DNA of 18,571 bases, taken from assembly GCA_964590575.1 (NCBI GenBank), contig CAZPWM010000062.1, positions 1-18,571 on the forward strand. Reading direction: 5' to 3'. The DNA is from an uncultured archaeon (GTDB lineage: Archaea; Asgardarchaeota; Thorarchaeia; Thorarchaeales; Thorarchaeaceae). The position numbers were made by a program, and so were the translations under genes. How positions within the stretch are numbered: position 1 is the stretch's first letter; every line of letters starts with the position of its first letter. This document shows positions 1-9,505 of the stretch, one piece after another. The notes beneath the pieces are model-generated. The model was not told the DNA's origin and ran no database searches. It was given only the letters and a program-made list of their open reading frames with translations.

Positions 1-73
1 CCTTATTAACAATAATTAATTATCGTATACAAACATGTGTTGAAATTTGATAATATATACTTTACTTTAGATA

Positions 74-496
74 CTATAGTATCATGCTGTCCAAACCCAT
101 CTCTTTGAGTATGGCTGGGTACACTTCATATAGCGGTTTGATTTTCGAGAGTAGACCTAATGCCTTAGCAACAGAGCCATCCAGTTTGACCTGTCCCCGG
201 GCCATTGCTACTGTTGTGTTCAGTTTTCCCTGCCAAAACTTATTCGTGGTTTCGGATTTTGACCAGACAATAATCTCAGGTTCCACATCACTATCAAACG
301 TCAGCGTACCAATTTCACCATTTGGGCCGGGATCTCTGAAATTGATGGTCATTTGAACACTAGGATCTTCGATATCAAAACGGACAACAACCTGTGATTT
401 GGCAAGTTTTTCCATTATCTCAGTATGTGTCGTAGCTTTCTCCCAGAACTTGTTGAAGATTTCTTGAAACTGTTCCTTACTTTCAAAGCCAGTCAT
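74..496 (-). CDS. SCP2 (sterol carrier protein 2) lipid-binding domain protein, stand-alone
   Basis: 140 aa. C-terminal 'NKFWQGKLNTTVAMARGQVKLDGSVAKALGL' fits the SCP2 signature (G.ln...A...G..k..G). SD-like GGAGGT lies 8 nt upstream of the ATG. Confidence 0.8.
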   Translation of the reverse strand: MTGFESKEQFQEIFNKFWEKATTHTEIMEKLAKSQVVVRFDIEDPSVQMTINFRDPGPNGEIGTLTFDSDVEPEIIVWSKSETTNKFWQGKLNTTVAMARGQVKLDGSVAKALGLLSKIKPLYEVYPAILKEMGLDSMIL

Positions 497-564
497 AATT
501 ACTGACCTCCACTGGCAAAATATGTGATGCTACTGGATAGAAGTCTTTTGGCTTCCCAGAAATA

Positions 565-1917
565 CTAATTTACATGTAAATATTGATCGATCTCCCACTC
601 TGTAATCTCTGAAACGCCAGGGTCTCGAGTGGACTCAACATATTCTTTCCATTCGCGTCTGCGTAATGTTACCAATGAGTCAACAACCGAATCACCGAGT
701 ACTTTTCTCATCAATGTACTAGCTTCTAAACTTTCAAGAGCACTCTCCAGTGAACCTGGTAGAGACCTGAGTGTCACTCCGGATTCATAGAGGTTCTTAT
801 CCGTGGGCGTTGGTGGTTCAATCCTTCTCTCGACTCCGTCTAAACCAGCAGCTAGAATAGACCCGATGACGAGGTGTGGTGACGAAGAAGCGTCAGGACA
901 TCTCAGTTCTATTCTCGCTGCTTTCTTGGAGCCGTTGAAGTGAGGTATGCGGATCATAGTACTTCTGTTTCTATATCCCCATGCCACTCTGGTAGGGGCT
1001 TCAAACCCTGGGACTAACCTCTTGTACGAGTTCACAGTCGGGGCTAGAATTGCTGATAATGTAGTTGCATGTTCCAGAAGTCCTGCAATGTAAGTCATCG
1101 CCAGTTGAGAGATTGAACTATCTCCTGTGGTAGCAAAAAGATTCCGGGAGCTATCGATACCCCACAAGCTCTGGTGAAGATGCATTCCAGACCCATTCTG
1201 ATTAGCGAATGGTTTTGGCATAAAGGTCGCAATCATGCCACGTCTATATGCTATCTCTGAAATGATAATCCGTGAGAGCATAATGTTGTCAGCTGCGGTT
1301 GCAGCATCGGTATACTGAAGTCCGATTTCTTGTTGACCTTTTGCTACCTCGTGATGGTGGGACGTTGTGGCAATCCCCAAGTTTCTCAGGGTCCTTACGA
1401 TATCACGTCGGAAATCAAGCCCAACGTCCTGGGGTTGTGAGGAGAAATATCCGCCATCATCAAGAGCAACTATTGTGTCATCTGTCCGTCTAGCAACTAT
1501 GAAGAACTCAAGCTCACTGCCAACCATGAGCTTCAATCCTTTCTCCTCCGCTCTTGACACAATTCTTCTGAGGATGTTCCTCGGGTCTCTAGGATGGGGC
1601 TCTCCTGAAACCTCATGAATCCTGCAAATAAGGAATGCTGCTGAGGGATCCCATGGTTGAGAAAGTGGGGTGGCGCGAGAAGGGAGGAGTAGAACATCGC
1701 TTTCATTAACCGTTGCATAGCCGGGAACGGAGGAACCATCGATCACAAGACCGTGTTCAACAATCTCATCCAGTCTGTCATATCCGACTTCAATGCTTCT
1801 TGTAAACCCAAGAAGGTCGGAGAAGATCAGTCTTAGGAAATCTGGTTGTTCGCTGGCTTTGCTCATCAAGATGGACCTCTGCAGCTTTGAATAAGAGGTG
1901 CGTTTGAGAGATTGCAT
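565..1917 (-). CDS. glnA: Glutamine synthetase type I (GSI-alpha-like); start may be the ATG at 1866
   Basis: GS motifs DGSS, ELEFF, GGYF, HHEVAKGQQE, TFMPKP, NGSGMHLHQS, NSYKRLVPGFEAP, NRS..IRIP and RIELRCPD. The Glu-flap (GFEAP) and the Asp of DGSS are retained, which favours a true GS over a gamma-glutamyl-amine ligase. Confidence 0.88.
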   Translation of the reverse strand: MQSLKRTSYSKLQRSILMSKASEQPDFLRLIFSDLLGFTRSIEVGYDRLDEIVEHGLVIDGSSVPGYATVNESDVLLLPSRATPLSQPWDPSAAFLICRIHEVSGEPHPRDPRNILRRIVSRAEEKGLKLMVGSELEFFIVARRTDDTIVALDDGGYFSSQPQDVGLDFRRDIVRTLRNLGIATTSHHHEVAKGQQEIGLQYTDAATAADNIMLSRIIISEIAYRRGMIATFMPKPFANQNGSGMHLHQSLWGIDSSRNLFATTGDSSISQLAMTYIAGLLEHATTLSAILAPTVNSYKRLVPGFEAPTRVAWGYRNRSTMIRIPHFNGSKKAARIELRCPDASSSPHLVIGSILAAGLDGVERRIEPPTPTDKNLYESGVTLRSLPGSLESALESLEASTLMRKVLGDSVVDSLVTLRRREWKEYVESTRDPGVSEITEWEIDQYLHVN

Positions 1918-2004
1918 TGCCCCGATATGCGGACCCTTAGGGGTGATGAAACTCGAGAGGTTTCCTTTCTTTCAACTTTTGAGGCAATGACTTCTCTCAA
2001 TTTT

Positions 2005-2029
2005 GCTATATTATAATTGGCTATATTAT
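2005..2029. promoter_or_regulatory. AT-rich divergent promoter core with a 10-bp direct repeat GCTATATTAT x2 (2005-2014, 2020-2029)
   Basis: Exact repeat seen in the glnA/lrp intergenic region, overlapping a TATA-like TTATAA. Confidence 0.45.
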
Positions 2030-2080
2030 TTTCCTGCTGAAAAGCGAAAGTTATTCTGTTCTTTCGGTAATATATGCCAT

Positions 2081-2599
2081 ATGGCCGAAAAAATTTCGAA
2101 AGAAAAGGAACTTGATAAGAAGAACCTAGATTTGCTTTATCTATTGCAAAGGGACTGTAAACAGAGTATAGCCAATCTCTCTGAAGAGATCGGCATTGGG
2201 ATATCTTCGGTACATGCACGAATGAAGGCGTTGAAAGAGAGTGGTGTCATCAAAAACTATTCAGCAATTGTGAATCCTGATAAAGTGAAAAGAGGAACCC
2301 TAGCCTTCATCCTAGTCACAGTAAGATATAGAGTTCCTGGAAGGAAAGGTGTTCTCTCGCAAAGAGAGTTCTGCGAACAAATTACAGGTCATCCTTTGGT
2401 TCAAGGAGTGCATGTGTTGAGTGGCGAGTATGATGTTCTACTGAAGGTACGTGCAGAAACTATTGGAGAAATGAATAAGTTCATTGTTGACTTCTTGCGA
2501 GAGCTTCCCGAGGTGGACAAGACACTCACCATGTTTGCCATGGACTCATATCTTGACACACTAGAGCTTCGAGATCTGAACAATAGCGACCAACTCTAG
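2081..2599 (+). CDS. Lrp/AsnC family transcriptional regulator (likely start ATG 2081, not TTG 2003)
   Basis: N-terminal HTH 'LDKKNLDLLYLLQRDCKQSIANLSEEIGIGISSVHARMKALKESGVIKNYSAIVNP'. RAM domain 'VHVLSGEYDVLLKVRA...VDKTLTM'. Confidence 0.93.
   Translation: MAEKISKEKELDKKNLDLLYLLQRDCKQSIANLSEEIGIGISSVHARMKALKESGVIKNYSAIVNPDKVKRGTLAFILVTVRYRVPGRKGVLSQREFCEQITGHPLVQGVHVLSGEYDVLLKVRAETIGEMNKFIVDFLRELPEVDKTLTMFAMDSYLDTLELRDLNNSDQL
2086..2098. promoter_or_regulatory. Candidate Lrp/FFRP operator CGAAA-AAA-TTTCG (5-3-5 palindrome)
   Basis: Perfect 5-bp arms with a WWW spacer just inside the lrp start. Related inverted half-sites CGAAAG (2045-2050) and CTTTCG (2061-2066) lie upstream. Confidence 0.35.
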
Positions 2600-2677
2600 A
2601 TAGAGGACAACCGACACGAACGCTTACATTTATGGCTTCAAATACATTTCAAAATAACAGCATGAGGTGATTTTTCA

Positions 2678-5600
2678 TTGAGAGATGCCGAGAGACCGAA
2701 TTTTAATGTGGAGCAAGCACATGACATTGCCAAATCACTCTACAATCTCTCCGGCACTCTTAGAGAATTGCCTAGTGAACGAGATCAGAACTTTCATCTA
2801 ATCGGAACCGACGGACATGAGAACATTCTGAAGATAGCAGCTGCATCTGAAAAACGTGAAACATTGGAAATGCAGAATAGTGCAATGCGTCATCTTACAG
2901 GGGTCAATGCTAATCTTCAATCTCCAGTAGTACGTAAAAGTATCAATGGCTTAGATATTGAGATAACCACGTCCAATGATGGCTCAACCCACTTTGTGAG
3001 ATTAGTTTCTTACCTTCCTGGAACGGTTTTTGCTAAAGTGAACCCTCATTCATCCGAGCTGCTGGTTGACTACGGACGGTTCGTTGGTTCAATCAGTAAA
3101 GGCCTTGTTGGATTCGATCACTCAGCTGCACATCGCGAATTCTACTGGGATATTCAACAGGCTAGCTCAGTGATTCGAAAATACAAAGACCTAATCTCTG
3201 ATGAAGAAAAGAAGACGCTTGTAGACCACTTTCTGGGTCTCTTTGAGACCTATGTCCTCCCCAGACAAGATGATTTAGCGCTCAGTGTAATTCACGGTGA
3301 TGCTAACGACTACAATGTGATTGTTAATCATCCACATAATGATGAGTCGCGCACTTTCGGAATCCTCGACTTTGGAGACATGGTATATTCCTACACTATC
3401 AACGAACTAGCAGTAGCAATTGCTTATGCCATACTTGACAAACCAGACCCTATAGATGTCGCTCAAAAGATTGTGTCAGGGTATCATGAGATATCACCGC
3501 TAACCGAAACTGAGCTAGATATCTTGTTTCCTCTTGCTTGCACAAGACTTGCGATGAGTGTGGCAATTGCAGCCTGGCAACAACAGCTCGAACCTGACAA
3601 CGAATATCTGAGTATCAGTCAAAAACCAGCCTGGAAGGCATTAGCTCTTCTCAGAGAGATACATCCTCGCTTTGCTTCATATTGTTTCAGAGCCGCTGTT
3701 GGACTGGAACCATGTGCAGATTCATCCGCGGTAGTGAAGTGGATCAAGAGGAACTCTAGGAATTTTGGTAGTCCCATTGGAACAGCTCTTGACAGCAAGA
3801 ACAGTATCATAATCGATGTGAGCGTTGGGAGTGTAGATGTGGTTTCACCCCATCATCTTGCTGACCACCAAGCCTTCGGAGACCTCGTCACTGAGAAACT
3901 CAAGGACGCGGGAGTCAACATTGGGATTGGAAGATACAATGAAGCACGCCTGATCTATACTGGTGACCAGTACCTCGCGCATGAGGATGAAAGTCGAACT
4001 GTCCATCTTGCCATTGACCTGTTTGTCGAGAGTGGCACACCAATTCTATCTGTTCATGATGGTATAGTTCACAGCTTTAGGGACAACGCCTTACCATTTG
4101 ACAACGGACCCACAATTGTTATTGAACGCAAAACAACTCCGGAAGGTCCATCATTCTATATTCTCTACAGTCACATGACCCGTGATTCCCTCGATGGCCT
4201 ATATGCAGGAAAACCCGTGAAGAAGGGAGAACAGATTGGAAAAGTCGGCGAATATCCTGACAATGGGGGGTGGCCTCCGCATCTTCACTTCCAGCTCATA
4301 GTTGATATGATGGATGAGGAGGGTGACCTGTATGGTGTGGCTCCTGTGAGTAAACGGGATGTGTGGCTAAGCATCTGCCCTGATCCCAATCTGATCCTGC
4401 GGATTCCTAACTCTCTATTTCCAAATCCTAACATGACAAGAGATGAAATCCTGTCTCTTCGAAGTGAACATATCGGCCGACCTCTTGGAGTTTCATACAA
4501 GAAGCCTCTTACAATCGTTCGAGGGTTCATGCAGTATCTCTATGATGAAAATGGTAGAAGGTATCTCGATATTCGCAATAATGTTCCACATGTTGGTCAC
4601 AGCAATCCTCGAATTGTCAAAGCTTTGAATCAACAGGCCGCAGTCCTGAACACGAACACCCGCTATCTGCACGAGAAATTAGTGCGATATGCCAAGCGGT
4701 TAACAGCAAAGCTGCCGAATAATCTCAGCGTCTGTTTCTTTGTCAACAGCGGAAGCGAAGCAAATGAACTTGCCCTACGGTTGGCTAAAACACACACTAA
4801 ACGCAAGGATATCATTGCCATTGATGGTGCCTATCATGGTAACACTTCTGAACTTGTTAACATCAGCTCCTACAAGCACGATGGACCTGGCGGTGAGGGA
4901 GCTCCCCTGCATGTCCACGTTGTGGCTATGCCTGATACATATAGAGGCGAACACAGGGGTCCTGATGCAGGGAAAAAGTATGCTGAGGATGTACTCAGAG
5001 CGACTCAGAGTAGTGAAGGTATTGCGGCGTTCATTTTTGAACCGCTCATGGGTTGTGGTGGTCAGATCATCTTCCCAGAAGGCTACCTTAAGGAAGCATT
5101 CAAGCACGTCCGGAAAGCTGGTGGAGTATGCATAGCAGATGAGGTTCAAGTTGGTTTTGGAAGGATGGGTAACAAATTCTGGGGATTTGAAACTCAAGGA
5201 GTTGTCCCTGATATCGTGACCATGGGAAAGCCTATAGGAAATGGTCATCCAATTGGTGCTGTTGCCACAACACAGGAGATAGCAAATTCATTCGCAACTG
5301 GAATGGAGTTCTTCAGTACAACTGGCGGAAACACAGTTTCTTGTGCAGTAGGGATAGCAGTTCTCGATGAGATTGAGAACGAACATCTTCAGCAGAATGC
5401 AGAGAAGGTCGGAGCTTATCTACTTAATAGATTGAAGGAACTAATGAAGACTCACGCAATCATCGGAGATGTACGGGGTCGGGGTCTCTTCATTGGTGTT
5501 GAACTTGTTCGAAACCGTGAGACCCTTGAACCTGCGAAGGAGGAGACCAAGTACATTGTTGAACGTCTTCGTGACCTTGGACTCCTCATCAGTCTTGATG

Positions 5601-5728
5601 GGCCTCTACACAATGTTCTCAAGATCAAACCACCATTAGTCTTCACAGAGGAGAATGCTGACAGGTTTATTGAGGCATTAGACTTGGTCCTTCACGAAGA
5701 TCCAGTGGTTCATCATGAAGAAACTTGA
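2678..5728 (+). CDS. Trifunctional fusion: APH/hydroxylysine-kinase-like phosphotransferase + M23 peptidase-like domain + class III PLP aminotransferase-fold phospho-lyase (AGXT2L/ETNPPL/PHYKPL-like)
   Basis: Kinase motifs HGDANDYN and DFGD. M23 motifs HLAID (HxxxD, 4004) and HLH (4280). Class III motifs [27 protein letters not shown] (PLP Lys), DVRGRGL and [11 protein letters not shown] start with SD GAGGTGA at 2664-2670. Confidence 0.88.
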   Translation: MRDAERPNFNVEQAHDIAKSLYNLSGTLRELPSERDQNFHLIGTDGHENILKIAAASEKRETLEMQNSAMRHLTGVNANLQSPVVRKSINGLDIEITTSNDGSTHFVRLVSYLPGTVFAKVNPHSSELLVDYGRFVGSISKGLVGFDHSAAHREFYWDIQQASSVIRKYKDLISDEEKKTLVDHFLGLFETYVLPRQDDLALSVIHGDANDYNVIVNHPHNDESRTFGILDFGDMVYSYTINELAVAIAYAILDKPDPIDVAQKIVSGYHEISPLTETELDILFPLACTRLAMSVAIAAWQQQLEPDNEYLSISQKPAWKALALLREIHPRFASYCFRAAVGLEPCADSSAVVKWIKRNSRNFGSPIGTALDSKNSIIIDVSVGSVDVVSPHHLADHQAFGDLVTEKLKDAGVNIGIGRYNEARLIYTGDQYLAHEDESRTVHLAIDLFVESGTPILSVHDGIVHSFRDNALPFDNGPTIVIERKTTPEGPSFYILYSHMTRDSLDGLYAGKPVKKGEQIGKVGEYPDNGGWPPHLHFQLIVDMMDEEGDLYGVAPVSKRDVWLSICPDPNLILRIPNSLFPNPNMTRDEILSLRSEHIGRPLGVSYKKPLTIVRGFMQYLYDENGRRYLDIRNNVPHVGHSNPRIVKALNQQAAVLNTNTRYLHEKLVRYAKRLTAKLPNNLSVCFFVNSGSEANELALRLAKTHTKRKDIIAIDGAYHGNTSELVNISSYKHDGPGGEGAPLHVHVVAMPDTYRGEHRGPDAGKKYAEDVLRATQSSEGIAAFIFEPLMGCGGQIIFPEGYLKEAFKHVRKAGGVCIADEVQVGFGRMGNKFWGFETQGVVPDIVTMGKPIGNGHPIGAVATTQEIANSFATGMEFFSTTGGNTVSCAVGIAVLDEIENEHLQQNAEKVGAYLLNRLKELMKTHAIIGDVRGRGLFIGVELVRNRETLEPAKEETKYIVERLRDLGLLISLDGPLHNVLKIKPPLVFTEENADRFIEALDLVLHEDPVVHHEET

Positions 5729-7099
5729 ACTGCTGTCACTAGTCCGTGGAGTTGAAAATATCTCAGAGGATAAATCAGGAGTATACAATTGCAGTCCAAT
5801 TGGTAGATTCTCTGTATTCATCGAGTTTTCCGGTCCAGCTCCTAATGACGTAATATTCAAACCACCCGTACAATTGAGGAATGCGTCAATGCAGTAATGG
5901 TCCGAACCTGTTAAGGCGTGTGCGGTATCACCAACGGTCGAATTAATCAATTTGTCTTCGAAGAACTGGTTTGTGATGATATAGTCAATGCGACCCAACA
6001 ATGGTGTGTACTGGTGTCCAAAGGTATAACCTGGGTTCGTGGGATTGAGCTCTCTAAAAACATCCGTGAAATTATGCACCTCTGAAGAATATTGACCATA
6101 AACTGGATCTTCTGGGTCAATTAACATAGTCAGAGGTCCATATCCTGCATCAGGACTGTTAGGTGCAAGAGCTCCCGTATCGACAGGGGAGTATGAATTC
6201 AAATCTCCTAGGTATATTATTGGTGCATCCCCCAGAGAATCAAAGTAATTGATAATTCCCTCATTCTCCCACTCTCGACGATCAGCATCAGCAGAACTAC
6301 CACCTGCCTTTAGGTGACATCCTACAAAATGGACTTCTGTTCCATTAATGTCAATGATTGCATCGACAAAATCATGGGTGACATCGTAGCCCGACTCGTC
6401 ATCTAGATACACTACCTGGATTTGAAGGAATGTCAAAACAGGAAATCGACTTAACACAGCCTCACCGCTTGTGGAGAACGATATCCCTTGTGCGCAAAAA
6501 CCCTCGTATGGGTCTTCATCTGCAAAATATGAGTTTAACTCAGCAATGGCGGTATTGAGGTCCGCACTTCCGTCATCATCCCAATATCCTGTTTCGACAA
6601 GTATCAGGATGTCTGGATTCTCTTCTTTGACAACCTCTTCCCAGTCTGGATCTATTCCAGACTCCTGGATGTTGTACGCCATTACTTTGAACACGGGGTC
6701 AAAGTCGGTTGAAGCGAAATTGATGGAGTTGTCAACTGTGACATTGATATTCGCCTCACCCCAATTCGAACTTGCGTCTCTTGCTCTACATCGAATGTTG
6801 TGTATCCCATTGGATATACTTCTCGTATTCCAATTATATGATTGACCTACTGCAGTGAGCACACCATCAATGTAAATCTCATATCTAGGAATGCTACTAT
6901 TATCAGTCGCTCTGAATGTTATTGCCTCAGCGCCATAAACAATCGCATCCGCTGAAGGTCCAGTGATGGTTACCACAGGTGGAGTTGTATCAGTGGTTTC
7001 CACTTCTACAGGAGATTGGGGTAGAGTTATGATGACCGCCATAAGTGTAACAATCAAAATCACCAATATCACAATGCCAACTATTTTTCTACTGTCCAT
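5678..7099 (-). CDS. Membrane-anchored Ig-like + endonuclease/exonuclease/phosphatase (EEP) family protein (ATG 7099 preferred; TTG 7114 possible)
   Basis: N-terminal hydrophobic anchor. Ig-like '[12 protein letters not shown]...ARDASSN'. EEP catalytic motifs AYNI, DILILVE, HLKA, GDLNS, RIDYI and SDH. Confidence 0.85.
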   Translation of the reverse strand: MDSRKIVGIVILVILIVTLMAVIITLPQSPVEVETTDTTPPVVTITGPSADAIVYGAEAITFRATDNSSIPRYEIYIDGVLTAVGQSYNWNTRSISNGIHNIRCRARDASSNWGEANINVTVDNSINFASTDFDPVFKVMAYNIQESGIDPDWEEVVKEENPDILILVETGYWDDDGSADLNTAIAELNSYFADEDPYEGFCAQGISFSTSGEAVLSRFPVLTFLQIQVVYLDDESGYDVTHDFVDAIIDINGTEVHFVGCHLKAGGSSADADRREWENEGIINYFDSLGDAPIIYLGDLNSYSPVDTGALAPNSPDAGYGPLTMLIDPEDPVYGQYSSEVHNFTDVFRELNPTNPGYTFGHQYTPLLGRIDYIITNQFFEDKLINSTVGDTAHALTGSDHYCIDAFLNCTGGLNITSLGAGPENSMNTENLPIGLQLYTPDLSSEIFSTPRTSDSSSSFFMMNHWIFVKDQV

Positions 7100-7291
7100 C
7101 TCTGATATCTCCAACTATACAGTCTTGGAAGGGGTTCTCCTTGTATATGGTCTTCCACTTGATAAGCTTTGGTCAATGGAACACAAAATTGACAGAGTTA
7201 TTAACCTGCGCAACCTCCTACTTGATTGAGTACTATCATTAACTGGATTAAGGAACTATTCTCGCAGGATTATGAACTGGAATGAACCTTC

Positions 7292-8434
7292 ATGAAAACA
7301 AAGCCTGACTATTCAAACAATATTGTCAATCTCATGAGTTCGATCGCTGACGCCTCTGGGGTTTCCAGTCCATACTCTCCCCTCGACTCATTGGATTCCC
7401 TGAGTGATTCGAAAAATATTGTCCTCATGATAGTGGATGGTCTTGGCTTTAACTACCTCAATTCATACGGAAATGGGACCATACTCCGGAAGTATCTCAA
7501 AGGGCCTATCACGTCTGTGTTTCCTCCATCCACCGGCTCAGCAATCACTTCATTCCTTACTGGACTCGCCCCACAACAACATGGAGTCGTAGGTTGGTAT
7601 GTTCATCTGAAAGAGATTGGTCTTGTTTCTCGAATTCTACCATACACGAATGTAGTTGATGATAATGTCATTGGTGTACCCATTTCCAAAGTTATTGATG
7701 TGAAAGGGATTTTCCAAGATATTAGACGTGATTACTCAATGATTTATAATCCCCATATTGTTGATTCAGTTTACACTCTGAACCTAGCGGGAACTGCGAG
7801 GAGAATCGGATACTCAGATATTGACACCTTCTTTGGCAGCATCAGAGAAGCTATCTTGAAGACAAGAAAACAGAGCTATATCTACGCATACTGGCCAACC
7901 TTGGACAGCATTAGTCACATTCTCGGTTGTGAGAGTCCTGAGGCTAAGGAACATCTCAACGAATTCGATTACAAGTTAGCATCATTCATTGAAACCATCT
8001 CAGGCTCAGATACTACATTAATCATAACAGCTGACCATGGATTCAATGATGTTTCTCTTGAGAATGTTATCTACACTAGAAATCATCCTGACCTAATGGA
8101 TTGCCTACAACTACCAGTCTGTGGTGACACTCGAACTGGTTTCTGTTATGTACGTCCGTCAAAGGTAGCGGATTTTGAGAGATACATTGAGGATGACCTA
8201 GGTGCGGTATGTAATCTCCAGAAGAGCGAAGATTTGATTCGTGATGGTTGGTTTGGCCTTAATAGCGCTCATCCTATGCTACCTGATCGTGTAGGCGATT
8301 ACACACTAACTTTCAATGAAGGTCATGCACTTCTAAATTGCTTCCCTGGACTAGAGCCTCCAGTGATGAAGGGTCATCACGGAGGGGTAAGTTCTGACGA
8401 AATAAATGTCCCTCTGATACTTATTGAATCTTAA
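7292..8434 (+). CDS. Alkaline phosphatase superfamily, type I phosphodiesterase/nucleotide pyrophosphatase
   Basis: Metal and nucleophile motifs IVDGLG, SVFPPST, LDSISH, TADHG and GHHGG. No signal peptide. Confidence 0.88.
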   Translation: MKTKPDYSNNIVNLMSSIADASGVSSPYSPLDSLDSLSDSKNIVLMIVDGLGFNYLNSYGNGTILRKYLKGPITSVFPPSTGSAITSFLTGLAPQQHGVVGWYVHLKEIGLVSRILPYTNVVDDNVIGVPISKVIDVKGIFQDIRRDYSMIYNPHIVDSVYTLNLAGTARRIGYSDIDTFFGSIREAILKTRKQSYIYAYWPTLDSISHILGCESPEAKEHLNEFDYKLASFIETISGSDTTLIITADHGFNDVSLENVIYTRNHPDLMDCLQLPVCGDTRTGFCYVRPSKVADFERYIEDDLGAVCNLQKSEDLIRDGWFGLNSAHPMLPDRVGDYTLTFNEGHALLNCFPGLEPPVMKGHHGGVSSDEINVPLILIES

Positions 8435-8544
8435 TTAAAAGAGGGAGGTCGAACAAAAAATGAATGGCGAAATCAAAGTTGACCTTTTGGTCACACACAA
8501 ATACTCCGATGACAATAGAATCATTGTTAGGTGGAGATGTTCTA

Positions 8545-9495
8545 ATGGTTTCCGTTGAAGATATTGAAGAGGCTCGTAAACGTATCAAAGGCCATATCAA
8601 GAACACCCCTCTGCACCATTCAAAATATCTGAGTGAATTAGTAGGAGGCTCCGTCTTTCTGAAACTGGAGAGTGAACAACTCACAGGGTCATTCAAAGTC
8701 AGAGGTGCGTTGAACAGACTAATGACTCTTAAAAAAGAAGAAACCTCGAGAGGCGTAATTACAGCCTCAACTGGAAACCATGGACTAGGGACTGCGTTTG
8801 CAGCAAAGCAACTCGGAATCTCTGCGCAAGTCGTATTCCCTAAAGAGGCATCAGTCGTGAAATTGAAGAAGATGCGGAAAGCAGGTGTTGAAGTCATCCA
8901 GGATGTCGGATATGAGGAAATTGAATCGTATGCAAGAAAGATAGCTGCAGACAAAAATCTAACTTATGTCAGTCCATACAATGACCCCATGATAATTGCA
9001 GGCACAGGAACAACCGGATTGGAGATTGTCGAACAGCTCATGAATATTGATGCAGTTATCGTACCAATTGGGGGTGGAGGACTAATCTCAGGTATTGCTA
9101 CTGCTGTTAAAGCTATGAGCCCACATACTGAGATGATTGGTGTGCAATCTGAAGTTTCTCCAGAAATATACGAGTCTTGGAAAGCTGGACATTGGGTGAA
9201 TGCTGAAGAATCAGATTCGCTAGCTCAGGGGCTCATGGGTGGTGTGGAGTCTGACTCGATTACTCTTGACATCATCCAAGAAAATGTGGATAGAATCGTA
9301 TTGGTTCAGGAGAAATCAATCTTAGAAGCTATTCGTATCCTCTATGAGAAGGAGAATCTTGTAATCGAAGGTGCAGGAGCCGCATCAACTGCGGTTCTCT
9401 TAGAGCATAAGTCGCAATTTATCGGTAAACGGGTCGTTGCTGTAGTCAGTGGTGGTAACATCAGCGAAGAAGAAGTAGTTTCACTTCTTTCGTAA
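8545..9495 (+). CDS. PLP-dependent threonine/serine dehydratase (ammonia-lyase) family, short form without ACT domain (likely start ATG 8545)
   Basis: TPL, LKLESEQLTGSFKVRGA (PLP Lys), ASTGNHG, SPYND, VPIGGGGLISG, EGAGA and VSGGN. SD-like GGTGGAGA precedes 8545. Confidence 0.9.
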   Translation: MVSVEDIEEARKRIKGHIKNTPLHHSKYLSELVGGSVFLKLESEQLTGSFKVRGALNRLMTLKKEETSRGVITASTGNHGLGTAFAAKQLGISAQVVFPKEASVVKLKKMRKAGVEVIQDVGYEEIESYARKIAADKNLTYVSPYNDPMIIAGTGTTGLEIVEQLMNIDAVIVPIGGGGLISGIATAVKAMSPHTEMIGVQSEVSPEIYESWKAGHWVNAEESDSLAQGLMGGVESDSITLDIIQENVDRIVLVQEKSILEAIRILYEKENLVIEGAGAASTAVLLEHKSQFIGKRVVAVVSGGNISEEEVVSLLS

Positions 9496-9505
9496 TCATA
9501 AAGGT

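Noticed and set aside
12-23. Palindrome ATAATTAATTAT at the window start
   Set aside because: Low-complexity AT-rich context at the window edge; it cannot be tied to a gene.
565-1917. GS-like gamma-glutamylpolyamine ligase (PuuA-type) interpretation
   Set aside because: The ammonium-site residues (Asp of DGSS, Tyr of GGYF, Glu of GFEAP) are retained, which favours a true GS. Not fully excluded without phylogeny.
1866-2219. 117-aa minus ORF and the 2003 TTG extension of lrp
   Set aside because: They span the promoter region and the lrp HTH. Lrp homology begins at ATG 2081.
4285-5248. Several alternative-frame ORFs within the fusion gene (4285-4530, 4443-4628, 4740-5135, 4775-5248)
   Set aside because: Fully nested in a strongly supported CDS.
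8421-8954. 177-aa antisense ORF over the dehydratase
   Set aside because: Antisense shadow in the same codon register, with no recognisable features.
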